From sequence record SRR20825019_3069: a stretch of DNA of 20,000 nt. The stretch is one strand, 5' to 3'. Below the pieces are notes generated by a model, which ran no database searches, had not been told where the DNA came from, and was given only the letters and a program-made list of their open reading frames with translations. Positions 1 through 10,523 of the stretch are shown piece after piece. Every line of letters begins with the position of its first letter. The first letter of the stretch is position 1. The position numbers were made by a program, and so were the translations under genes.

Positions 1-1236
1 GCGGGCAAGTTCACCCCTTTCAAGGTTTGGTTTGCGGCCTTCCTCCTTTTCATAGCGGCGGCGGCGGCTGCTTGATAGTAAAATCCAGAATGGCACCGAC
101 GATCAGTGCTCTGAGAGGCCCCAGGGCAATTTTCAATCATTTCTCCAAACACCAAATACTGGCGGGAGAGCCACGCATAGTGCTCATACGCCCTACTCTC
201 CGGTCCGATCGCGCCCCGCCATGCCTGCACGTGCCGTCTGAATTGCTCCACAGCCTCCATGACATTGTTTGTTGCCATGTATATCTTACTCAACTTGAAG
301 TTGATGAACTCGGCAACGGTCTTTAACTCAGTCAACTTGGAATCCGGCCGAGGCAAATCCTTGAGAAGAGCATATGATGAACTGTAGTACTTAAGAGCGG
401 ACTTCCACTCCTGACGGAACTCTGCAAAGAATCCCACCTGCACCGAAGAGCGTCAAACTTTTGGAATCCCCAGACAACAACAGAGACCACAAACCTTGAA
501 ATGGTGGCGAACAAATAGAGCCGGCTGGGCAGACTTGCTCACTTTTTCTTTGTATTTCTTAACTCTTCTAGCCTCCTCTTTGTACCACACCACCGCAAGG
601 TCAGTCATAATCTTGCACAGACGCTTGGCAGAAGCGCGCATATCCATCCATGGCAGCATGAACACGTTCTTCGACTCGAGATCGGCTCGTTTCTTTAAAC
701 TGCTCAACCGCTCGTCACGAGTGACCTCGGGCTGAAAGGACTGCTTTCTATCATGGAAACTGTGTACCAACACCACCATAATCTTCAGGTTTCGAGACCT
801 ATTATTGTAACGCAACACTTCTAGCTGACTGCAGATGTGGGTTTCCTTGTCCCTCCATGACGGGTCGTCATCAAAGTCAAAAAGCACGGCCAGAGCAGAC
901 GGTAAGCGTTTCTTATGCTTCTCCAGCCAGTTCGCCTGTTCAGACCAGTATCAGTGTTGCAGCGAGGGATCTCTCAAGACAACATACCTTCAGAATGCCT
1001 TCAATGTTGTACCCCTCGAGGTCTGCACGGAGTCTCTCCTTGTACTTCTTCCGGACCACTGCTTTGTCTATGGTATCGATATTGAGAACTCTCACAGAAG
1101 GTGTACCATCTATCATGGAGTCCTGAAGTAGCGCCTCCGTAAGTTGTGATTGCAGATCTGGTAGACCAACTAGTGCTATCACGGGCACAGGCCACTCGCG
1201 AAGCTCAGCCGGATACTGAACCTGCTGCTGGTCCAT
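1..1236 (-). CDS. TRAPPC11: Trafficking protein particle complex subunit 11 (Foie gras family), 5' part; continues beyond window start
   Basis: Manual splicing: exons 1236-988, 935-495, 437-<1 (introns of 52 and 57 nt, GT-AG). Protein reads MDQQQVQYPAELREWPVPVIALVGL...EGILK|ANWLEKHKKRLPSALAVLFDFDDDPSWRDKE...LFVRHHFK|VGFFAEFRQEWKSALKYY...YEHYAWLSRQYLVFGEM...HSGFYYQAAA, matching TRAPPC11 N-terminal motifs (GILKxxWxxKH, RHxFKxxFFxE, HxxWxSxQ, GFYYQxAA). Confidence 0.9.
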
Positions 1237-1429
1237 ATTTTCCGAATCAATCTCGCCGAGACTTCCTAACTCCAACCTGATAACTATATGTGTGTCCTCA
1301 CACTGCCTCCACACTACCCAGCAAGTTGGAGTCTTACGACAAAACCCGACCCACAAATTAGCAGGGGAGGAAAGACTTTGAACGGACACTCTCACGGCAC
1401 GCGGCTCGGCCCAAACGCAGTTTTGTCGG

Positions 1430-2030
1430 ACCAGGCCGTTGCCGTGTGCCGTCGGCTGGCCGGCTCCCGTCGCTGGGGTCGACCGGACGGCAGTTCCCCG
1501 CTCCCGGCAGTCCCGACCGTGGGCGGGGTTCCGGCCCGGCACCCCGGCACGCTCCGGCTCGGCTCATCCGCTGAGCCCAAACTTGGGCCGGGCCGGCCGA
1601 CGGTCAGGGGCGCCCAGCCCGGCCGGCGGCGCATGATGATGGAGCGCCTCATCAGTCTGATCACTGATGTGAGGGCATCATATATAACGATTGTATCTGG
1701 ATATACGGAACCCCATCACAGTAGCCCTCTGAGCGATCAGTGAGTGGCCCTCCGCAGTCGTGGAGTTTTGGCGCGAAATCGCCTGAGCCCGGGTCCGCCC
1801 GGGTCCGGTCGGCCGGGCGACCCGGCGGACGCCGCGCAGCCCGGGCCGGGCGGCGGCGCAGTGACTGTCGAGTCGTGTGGCGCGACCGGGCGGAGCACTG
1901 ACCCTCGCCGCCATCGGCGATGCCGCGCCGCTACCGCCCGGCCGGGGCGGCCGCGGGCCGTCGTGACCGGACCACTGGCACCGGCCGGCCACGAGTCGTG
2001 TCCGGCGTGGCCGCCGCCTAGCCGGCAGGG
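1430..2030. promoter_or_regulatory. Bipartite GC/CCGG-rich island (about 1430-1632 and 1785-2030) around an AT-richer core, in the TRAPPC11/KNL2 divergent intergenic region
   Basis: Abrupt compositional shift to very high GC with dense CCGG; lies between two divergent start codons (1236 and 2331); all overlapping ORFs are low-complexity R/P/G/A. Regulatory role is inferred from position. Confidence 0.55.
1766..1778. promoter_or_regulatory. Overlapping double E2F-binding site TTTTGGCGCGAAA
   Basis: Reverse complement contains TTTCGCGCCAAA, the classic overlapping E2F element (TTTSSCGC on both strands); about 550 bp upstream of the cell-cycle gene KNL2. Confidence 0.5.
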
Positions 2031-2330
2031 TCACCAGTCGTGTTCAGCCAGGGCACTCAGCACGCCAGCCTGCTGGCCTTTGACATTCAGGTCACCAACA
2101 CTACCAAAAGCCAACAAGAAACTGACGCTCGCTTCGTTTGAGGCTGCACCTGCACAGTCGTGTGCACTGAGCTAAACCTGCAACTCTTCCTTCCTGGTCT
2201 GGCGCGACCAAAGGAAAATAAGTCGTTGAGGCCTTCGCCTGAAGCCACCAAACCTCAGTGCAAATATTTCCGCTGTGAATCCCCCATCTCAGCATTGGAC
2301 ACTGCATCGGACTTCGAAGCCTTGGAGAGC

Positions 2331-5300
2331 ATGGCTGACCCACTGCATACTGGGGCGCTGTTCAAACTGAAGGATACGAGGGCTCTGAAGTCACCCTTTC
2401 CTGCTCATGTCAAGGTCAGTACACCAAGCACAGGAGGAAAATCTGCGCAAAAGCCGGGGGCTAGTGGATCCTTTGCCACCCCGAGCAACCGCCTTGTGAA
2501 GCCTACTCCGAAGCATGCTGTCTTGTTTGGCAACAAGGTCTCGCAGGACTTTGACAACCTCGTCCGCCAGAGTCCACTTCCAAAGATCTTACACAACAGC
2601 GGCATCAGGTACTCCAACACACCCGTATCTTCAACTGGCAGCCCCGACGACAAATCTTTGCCTGAGAAGTCGCCCACATCGACACCCGGTGAGCAGTCAG
2701 TCGAGAATGATGTTGGAAAGCCGGAGAAGGATGTTGAAAAACCGTCAGCCGTTGTACAAGGAAACTCGACCTCCCTCAGTGCGGCTGCGATCTTGACTGC
2801 CAATGGGGACTCTAAACTGTCGGAGAAGAACAAAAGTCTACTGGACCTATTGGATGAGGGTGACTCTGAAGATGATGTGGAGCTTGAGAAAACGCCCGCC
2901 CCAAGCAGTGTGAAACCAATTGAAGCGGAAGCTGAAGTTGTGAAGAATCTCATGGACGAGTTTGACTCAAAGGCAATTGCTGGGGAAGACGAAAAGGTGG
3001 ATGGCGATGGCCTCGGGAGTGCTGAAAACGCTGAGAAGGAGTCAAACAATGGAAACGTTGCGACGACTACTGTGGGCGCAATGATGAATGTGGAGGGTGA
3101 TCAAACTCACACAGAGGTCCAAAATACGACTAAAGAGCAAGTGGAGGACAACCACAAAGGGGATGCGGATGTGGACAAGGTGGAGCAGCCTAAGGAAAGG
3201 AAGCCTGTCGTGTTGTCGGATTGGTACTTGAAGCCATACTGGAATGGAAAGATGTGGTCTCTGGACGAAGTTCCCAGTGAGGGTTCTGCATTGCGGGTAG
3301 TACTCTTCGGAACTCGGACAGACACGCAGCAAACGTGGCACTCGTCGTTTGTGAACAAGATTCACGACAGACGTATCGTCGAAACAAAGGCCAAAGAGGG
3401 ACGCATTCCGGTACGCTTGTGTGGTGATTTTTTTTTGTTGAGTGCTAATGGTGTCCTTGTTTCAGGGTGTTTATGAATTGATGGGAAGACCATCTTCCGA
3501 GAAGATGCTGGACGGATGGTCAGGCGACTTCCTCAGCAAGTTCGAAGAGGGCTTCCCACACAATTGGATGGATGTCGTTTTCGAGTACCTCAAAAACGCT
3601 TTGTGTAAGGAGCCTACCAAAAGGGACGAATGTGTAGATACCAACACACGCAAGACAAGGAGCGCGAAGAAATCAAATCACAATACACCGATAGCACCGG
3701 CACCGGCACCGGCACCGGCACCTGAACAGGTGCTTGATGAGGATGTCGAGGTTGTGGAAGAGCGTGAGCAGGATGTTGCAATCCCTCCTCCTCGCCAACC
3801 TATTGAAGAGTTCATTGCAAAGGAAGAGGCTGAGAGCAACCCCAAGCTCATGCGCTTGATGAAGCAATTGCAAGTGAAGGGGTGTGACAGGCGTCGCGAT
3901 GCCGCTCGCATGGCCTTGGACCAAGGAAATACTCCAAAGACTAGGAGAAACCGCATAATTGTCAAGCCTGTCGAGTATTGGAAGGGCGAGGTTCCATTCT
4001 CACCGGCTGTTCTCTCGGACGAGGTCACGCCATCTTCTACGAGAAAGCGGTCCCGGACAGCTAGGTCCCAGAAGGCCATCGAACAGGTTGAGAAAAATGA
4101 TGATAATGATGAGACAGCGCAAATACAAAAGGAGGATGTCGATCATGAGGATGAGGGCATGGAAACTAGCAAGCGGCGGAAGAGTATTTCCAGAACTCCC
4201 CCAAAGAGAGTGGCCCCAGCCATAATCGCTGGAAGGACACGGTCCTCAAGGCTCAAGAGTAATGAAGTTCCTGTTGATGATAACAAGCCTGAAAAGGAAG
4301 AAAAGAAGTCTGTAGAAAAGAAGTCTGGCAAAACAAGGGCTTCAATGAAGGCGAGAATCCTGTCAGACAGTGAGGATGATGTATTGCTTGGTGCAACTGT
4401 CAAGAGGGTAACCAGGGCGGCGAGAGCCGCAGCGGCCAAGGAAACCATGAATTCTGGTAAGGCTACTGCAGGAGGAAAAAGTGAGAAGAAGGCGGAAGAT
4501 GATTCTGGTATGAATGTAGCCAACAAGGCAGGTGCCATCACGTTCGATGACTTTGATGATGATGATGTGGCGCTCAAGCCCAAGCGGCGAAGCACACGCA
4601 AGCGGATCCATGACGATGATGACGAGACCGAGTCACGAAAAACTCGCAAGAGGCAGGACTCGTCTAACGCTGCCTCGAAGAACAATACAAGCAAGTCATC
4701 CTCCTGGACAGATGAGGTATGGAGTGTCGAGGCGCCCGCAATACTGATTCTCTAATTCACGTTGACATGTAGGATGTTCAGAAACTCAAGGCAGTATGTA
4801 TGCAACTAGATCCGAAGCACCGGAATTTCTTTTCGGAGCTAGCAGACCACTTCCCTGGCAAATCTGCGCGCCAGTGTGCAGACCGGTACTACCAGTCTGT
4901 AGAAGGTGCGGCATAAATCCCTTTTGTAACCTACGACGTGATGGCTCATATGTTTTTTCATCCTTTTTTAGATGCACTTTCACGAAAGAGGGACACGAAG
5001 AAAGACTCTGCTAAGGCAGCGACGGATGAGGGAATTCCGGATGGTCCCATTCAAATCACAGGAGGAGCCGGTACAATGAAACGTATGAAGCAGATCCGCA
5101 AGGCTCACGAGAGGGTAAATGCGAACCATGTGGATGATGCGTTTGAGTCGACGCCTTTGAAGGGCGCTGCGTCCAAACTTGCGCAGCCATTCGTTAAACG
5201 ATGCAATGAAGTTGATGGCGAGTTTGATGAACTGGTAAGATGTCACCTGTGCGTTGTTGCTACAGCGTAATTGACTTGTGAGTCATCTTTGTTTACAGAT

Positions 5301-5761
5301 GAAGCAGGCCGAAAATGAAGAGGAAGACGATGACTCCTCCGACAACACCAGCGACGAATCGAAGAGTAGCTCAGACGGTGAACCTAAAACTCCTGGCTTG
5401 CTGAGGCCATTGGACAGGAATCGAGTGGAGCCATATGTGCATAGATTGCGAAGAGAAACATCCAAGTTGGCGCGTGAGGTGGGCGAGAGTACAATTGGAG
5501 CTAGCATTATACTCACCTGTCTCACCACAGAAGGGGAAAGAGGAAAAGAAAGCATCGTTGGCAAAGAAGACAAAGGGCAAACACACCACTGCGCGTCATT
5601 CGTCTCTTAATGTCAGGGATGTGAGTGAAGCATTCAAGCAAGCAAATAGAGTTGAGCGGAAGGAACGAAAGCGTGTCGCCAAGGCGGACCAGAGCGAGGA
5701 TTCCCTGGGCGATGAGGCCGAGTATTATGGCACTTCCAGCAGTAGTGAAAGTGAAGTTTAG
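2331..5761 (+). CDS. KNL2: KNL2 / Mis18-binding protein 1 (CENP-A loading factor): SANTA domain, CENP-C-like motif, SANT/Myb domain
   Basis: Exons 2331-3410, 3466-4716, 4773-4905, 4972-5234, 5299-5478, 5531-5761 join in frame. SANTA: LSDWYLKP...TWHSSFVNKIHDRRIVET...GVYELMG...FLSKFEEGFPHNW. CENP-C-like motif: TRRNRIIVKPVEYWKGE. SANT: WTDEDVQKLKAVCMQLDPKHRNFFSELADHFPGKSARQCADRY. C-terminal GTMKRMKQIR...DDAFESTP and TPGLLRPLDRNRVEPYVHRL resemble M18BP1 C-terminal motifs. Confidence 0.88.
3694..3723 (+). repeat. Coding hexanucleotide tandem repeat (GCACCG)x4 + GCACCT encoding (AP)5
   Basis: Directly visible tandem repeat within KNL2 exon 2. Confidence 0.9.
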
Positions 5762-5914
5762 TTTGCGAGAGGTTAGGAAGAGCTGAAATTCGAAGATGTA
5801 ACCACGGTGTAGACCTGGAACTGTGCAATTGTATATAAAGCTTGATAGTCGGCAAGCACCGCTCTCCGTTCAGCCTCTCATATGATGCCATGCATATCCA
5901 ACCATGTCGTACAC

Positions 5915-6812
5915 TCATTTCCCTGCTGTGGGGCTGAGCTCCTTCTGCAATATAGCTCGGTCGATGAATCTACCAAACTTAAAACCGATGTTCTTCATTT
6001 CTCCAACCAAAGCAAATCCATGTTTCTGGACGTCCATGTCAGATCCGATAGCATTGAACTACATCGCAATACGAACCACGTGAAAGTTGTATGAGGCGGC
6101 ATTGTTCTCGGCCGTGCCACCGACATACAACATTTGACGCATCCCCAGCTCTGAGACTGATATCAGCAATATCCCTCACATTCTTTCAAGAAACTACCTT
6201 CGCAGCGACGCACGATCTCCGTTAGCAGCTTTGTTCCAACACCACCACGGGCAGATTCCGGAGATAAATATATTGACTCTTCAACTGCATGCAGAGATTA
6301 GAAAGTGAACTATCCTGATATCCCAACATTATACCAGAATACTGGTATGCCTTTCTAGGACGGAATGGAGCAGCATACGCAAACCCTTCTACTTTGGAGT
6401 CGACCTAAACACAGAGTGAGACTTCTTGTCACCGTGACATGTTATTGCGTGCAAGTCCGATATGTGAGGTCATCACATATTGGCAAGTGGTGTGAAACGG
6501 TGTCTGACCAATGGCCAGTAAAATAGGCACATTCACCCGCCGCCAGTTCAATATACACTATTGACTCTTACCTCCACTACCAAATAAGGGAATCCTTTTT
6601 CTTGCACTGCCTCCCGCCGTCCATCAAATACAGTCCAGCCATCAGATAGCTGCAATACAAGTCAGTTGGAGAGCATTCCAAGTACTAAGAAAGTGTTATA
6701 CATCTTCTACACACTCGAAAGTGTGGGTTGTATTCTCGGCGTAGTGAAAGTATATGTTATAACACCGTTCCATATCTTCTCGAGTGGCATCTCTCACTCT
6801 AACTTCACTCAT
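5915..6812 (-). CDS. GNAT N-acetyltransferase, phosphinothricin / methionine-sulfoximine acetyltransferase (Pat/MnaT/YncA)-like
   Basis: Six exons splice to MSEVRVRDATREDMERCYNIYFHYAENTTHTFECVED|LSDGW...EKGFPYLVVE|VDSKVEGFAYAAPFRPRKAYQYS|VEESIYLSPESARGGVGTKLLTEIVRRCE|ELGMRQMLYVGGTAENNAASYNFHV|KHGFALVGEMKNIGFKFGRFIDRAILQKELSPTAGK*. This carries Pat-family motifs (TxTFE, GFAYAxxFRxRxAY, ExSIY, RGxGxGxxL-like, NxASxxxHxKxGF, GxKFG). Confidence 0.88.
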
Positions 6813-6897
6813 TGTGTATTCTTGTCTCACGCTGAAGTGAACGTCTTTACCTAACATCAGCAGACTGGTTGGGTACATGGTGTGACTTAACTACAGA

Positions 6898-7285
6898 TGC
6901 CGGCCCGGCGGTGGGCGCCGGCGCCGGTCCAAGGCCGGCGCGGCGACCGCCGCCGGCACGCCGGGCCACCGTACCGGCGGGCGCTGACCGGCTGCGCCGG
7001 CCAGGCCGCTGCGCCGGAGCCGGCGCCGGTACCCGGCCGGAGCCGCCCGGCCTGGCCGGGCCCCGGCCGGCCGAAGTGGCATCACACTCGGCTCACCCGG
7101 ACCGGGACGGTCGTCCCGGGTCGCTCGGCTCCCGGTCGGCGGGGCCGTACACTGGCCGTGCCATGCCAGTCATGCATGCCGCCGTCGCGGCCCTGGCCCC
7201 GCCGCGGCGGGCAGCCGGCCGTGGCCCCCGCTGCCCGAAGTACCGCAACTGACAGCCGGCTCACTGGCGCCCGGCGCTCCTCACT
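6898..7285. promoter_or_regulatory. GC/CCGG-rich island in the GNAT/LRR divergent intergenic region
   Basis: About 390 bp of very high GC with roughly 25 CCGG by manual count, between divergent ATGs at 6812 and 7430. Confidence 0.55.
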
Positions 7286-7429
7286 TGCTGCAAGGCCTCG
7301 AGCCATCAGGTTGATCCGCAGAAATCGTGTTCGCGTGCGGGTACTGTACTGAATACTTATCTAACAACCACACCCCACTTATAAATATTTTTGAGCAGTT
7401 CTGGGTTCAGGCTAGACCTGACCGTGAAT

Positions 7430-9050
7430 ATGGGTTGCTCAAAGTCCAGCATGCGCGGCAGCGGGGCTGAGGCCTTTGATGATCCTAACCCTCCAGTTCA
7501 CTACTCAGATGAGTCGGAAGCGGACCTGCCCGGTCCCCAGACCCAGACCCCTCAGACCCCATCAAAAAGAAAGAAGAAGAAAGAGAAGAAGAGCAAGGGG
7601 TCTTTGAGTGAGCCTCCTGAAACTAGTGTATGTCGAAATGAATGAAACTCTGTTTATATGCTTAGCCAATGTGTTAGGAGCTTCTTCGGATAAAACAGGA
7701 GCTGAATGAGGGTGAGTTCGTTGGCTGCGTCGACGTTTCGAATATGGAAATCGGTGACGCAGGTGTGGAGGTAAGTGACTGAAGTGGAGGGGTCTGACTC
7801 GCACAATAACTATTTTTAGGGATTGGTGGCAGCAATGAGCACACAAGGGAACGAGGTGTGGGAACTTGTACTCGACAGCAACAGGATCACCAAGAGAGGT
7901 GCCAGGTATACTTTATTTGGCATTTCTTTGCTTCAAGTGCAGTGACGCTGTATTATTTCAGTCACATAGGCGAGTTTGTGCAGAAGAGTTCCTCCATATC
8001 TAGTGTGTCTATGAATGACAATGTTGTGGGCGGAGAAGTAATATGTAGGTGGTAGAATGAGGTGTATTCCCACATTGCCTGATCAGTCTGCATCTAGCCA
8101 CAATGTTGTCGGGGGCATATGCGAAGGGGAAGTCATCATTATCCGCCATCAGTGTCAATGGCAACTTTATAGATGACTTGTCAGTATAATCTTTGTGAGA
8201 CATTCTTCCATGCAAACATGCACTGACACTGCCATAGTGCCGTTGAGCATCTTACTAGAGTTTTGAAGGACAACAAGTGCTTAACATCTCTCAATATGGG
8301 TAGGGTCTTGTCGTATCGATAATTTGTCGTAAACTGCTAAACATTGCCGACAGACAGCAATAGCATGCATGCGCCTTCTGGGCATTGTTTTGGAGAAGCA
8401 TTGTCACACAACAGTGCTTTGACAACGCTGAGTCTCAGACACAACAAGCTGTCGGATGAAGGTGTTACGTCGTTGCTTCAGGGACTTCGGGCCAACATGG
8501 CGTTAACAACTCTACGATTGGCCAACAACAATCTCACTGCCCAGGTGCGGGTAGTGCATATTTTTGTCATTTGCACTGACTGGATCAATCTAAAAGGTTG
8601 GCGAGGAGATAGCACATTTCCTTGCAGAGAACAAGATACTTGTTGTTCTGGACATTCGTGACAACAAACTAGAGGCAGCAGGGACAGAAGCTATCGCTAA
8701 GGCACTGACCAACAATGCGAATTTACAACAGTGCGTAGACACCATGCCATCCACTTGAAGCTGTTTACATAGTTGCTGCCCTAGGTTGGATCTCTTCAAC
8801 AACAATATATACTACAATGGAATAGACGCGGACTCGTCAGGCATTAAGGCACTGCTGAAGTATCTTCCAAATAAGGTGGGGTGTCGACCTAAATATAGAA
8901 TGGATGCGGATTGCTGATTGTGGGGCATGCTTCCAGTCCCTCCAAAAAATCAATGTGAAGGGTAATACGTGTGACTATCCGGCTGCAGTTGACTCGGTCT
9001 CGGCACTTGTTCGCATTGGGCGACCGAAGCAACTGGAAGTTCTTACGTAG
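7430..9050 (+). CDS. RNI-like leucine-rich repeat protein with N-terminal MGCxxS acylation motif
   Basis: Multi-exon gene starting MGCSKSS. LRR units include ELVLDSNRITKRGA, LSAISVNGNFIDD, LTSLNM, LTTLSLRHNKLSDEGVTSLLQGLRANMALTTLRLANNNLTAQ, LVVLDIRDNKLEAAG and LQKINVKGN. Stop TAG at 9048-9050. Some internal splice junctions are ambiguous. Confidence 0.8.
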
Positions 9051-9165
9051 GTTGACCACCGACGGCCCTGTACAGGATGAGTAGCCCCCTTTCCGGCTTA
9101 ACCCGGAAAAACCGCCCCCTCAACGACCACTCCACTGCTGTTCGCGTCGTTCGGTTTATTGAAAT

Positions 9166-9662
9166 TTACAAATTGGCGTTCTTAAGGTAGTCAGCAACAC
9201 CACCAACTGCTACAGTGCATGCACCAGAACCGTGGTTCTTCTCCTCGTCATACAAACCAACGACAAGAGCGGACTTGGAAAGGAAAGCAGCAAGACCCTT
9301 CTTGCCCTTACGGCCGAGGTACTGCTCCTCACCGCCCCTGAGGGTGATCATCTTCATTCCGTCAACCTCGATGGAGGCAGATGTGTCACCATTGCAGGCC
9401 TTCACGATGTTCTGGGCCATAGCCGGGTCAATGGAGAACCCAGCGCTTGCAGTCCACTGGCTGCCGTCATGACCCCAAATGCCGGCGGCATACATCTGGT
9501 TGGAGGCCATCAGGTTGGTGGTGTACTGCAAAGATACAAGTTAGCACCTGTGGATACCTCCAGCGCAGTCTGTTACATCCAGTTTGCCCATCCCACACCC
9601 ATAAATCACTTGCGCACAAGCATATGAAAAAACGAGATATCACTTACATCGTCCCAAGACAT
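9166..9662 (-). CDS. Profilin
   Basis: Exon 1 9662-9648 (MSWDD), 122-nt intron, exon 2 9525-9166 (YTTNLMASNQMYAAGIWGHDGSQWTAS...GRKGKKGLAAFLSKSALVVGLYDE...VGGVADYLKNANL); typical MSWxxY, AAxIxGxDGxxW and DYL profilin motifs. Confidence 0.93.
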
Positions 9663-10523
9663 TTTTTCTTTTTTTGACTAGTCGTAATGACCATCCTGGT
9701 GTTCCGAGTCTCATAAAAGTAGTGTCGCTGGTGGGCGGGCGTGGAGAAGGAGGTGGAGTTGCAGTCGTCATCATTGCGAGAACGGACATCACAACCATAG
9801 ACTCGGTCGACTTAGAAAGGCATCGTGCCAGCCAAGCCCTCACCCGATTAGGGAGCCTTGCTGGACACTGTGGGTCGTGTGAGATCGTGTGAGGGCCCTC
9901 AAAACGGCCACATGAGGACCGTCAGGAAACTTCCGCAAGCCACGCACTGGAACGCAGGTGAGCCTATGCGCAGCGCGGCTGTACCTCCGATTCCGGGAGA
10001 TGTGAGGTTGGCGTCGAGGATACACGGCACAGACCATGCCTCTCAGTGTCATCGAATGAGGGCGTCGACACGAGATTCGCTATATCTAATGTTCGTAAAA
10101 ACGAAATTAGAGGCTAGGTCACATTAAGGGCTTGTGATGCTGATCAAGTGTGACCGAAACTGGATGGTCACGGCGGCAGTGTAACGCCCGCCTCGGCCGC
10201 TCACTCGATGAGACTGTCGCACGCACGGCTTACAGGTCACCACCAGTACACTCCTGCGCAGACTGAAGGCATGGGTGCTGCGTGCCGACTCTGCTGTAGT
10301 GTAGCCCACTACTCATCTCCACGACGTACTTTTGCAGCGGAGAACGGGGCGGGCGGCCTTTGGGCCTAGCCTCGCTCTATAGCCTTGTAGTCGTTGCGCC
10401 CTGTACGGCTTGTTGTTTTTGTACACTGGGCCAAACGTAAGGTGTGAAAACTTTCGACACGCGAGTTTATCACGATTGAATATATGTCTTGAAACTACTC
10501 TGCTATGAGTGGACAGAATCAAT

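Noticed and set aside
1288-2175. Multiple overlapping R/P/G/A-rich ORFs in the GC island (likewise at 6869-7352, 12545-13140, 16747-17566 and 19121-19493)
   Set aside because: Stop codons are rare in extreme-GC DNA; the ORFs occur in all frames, are low-complexity and show no recognisable domain.
2405-4694. Long minus-strand ORFs (214, 133 and 183 aa)
   Set aside because: Antisense shadows of KNL2 exons; Ser/Phe/Leu-rich mirror of Glu/Lys/Asp codons.
9091-9108. Hairpin TTCCGG-CTTAAC-CCGGAA between the convergent LRR and profilin genes
   Set aside because: Short 6-bp stem; intrinsic terminators are not expected for eukaryotic Pol II genes, so chance is likely.
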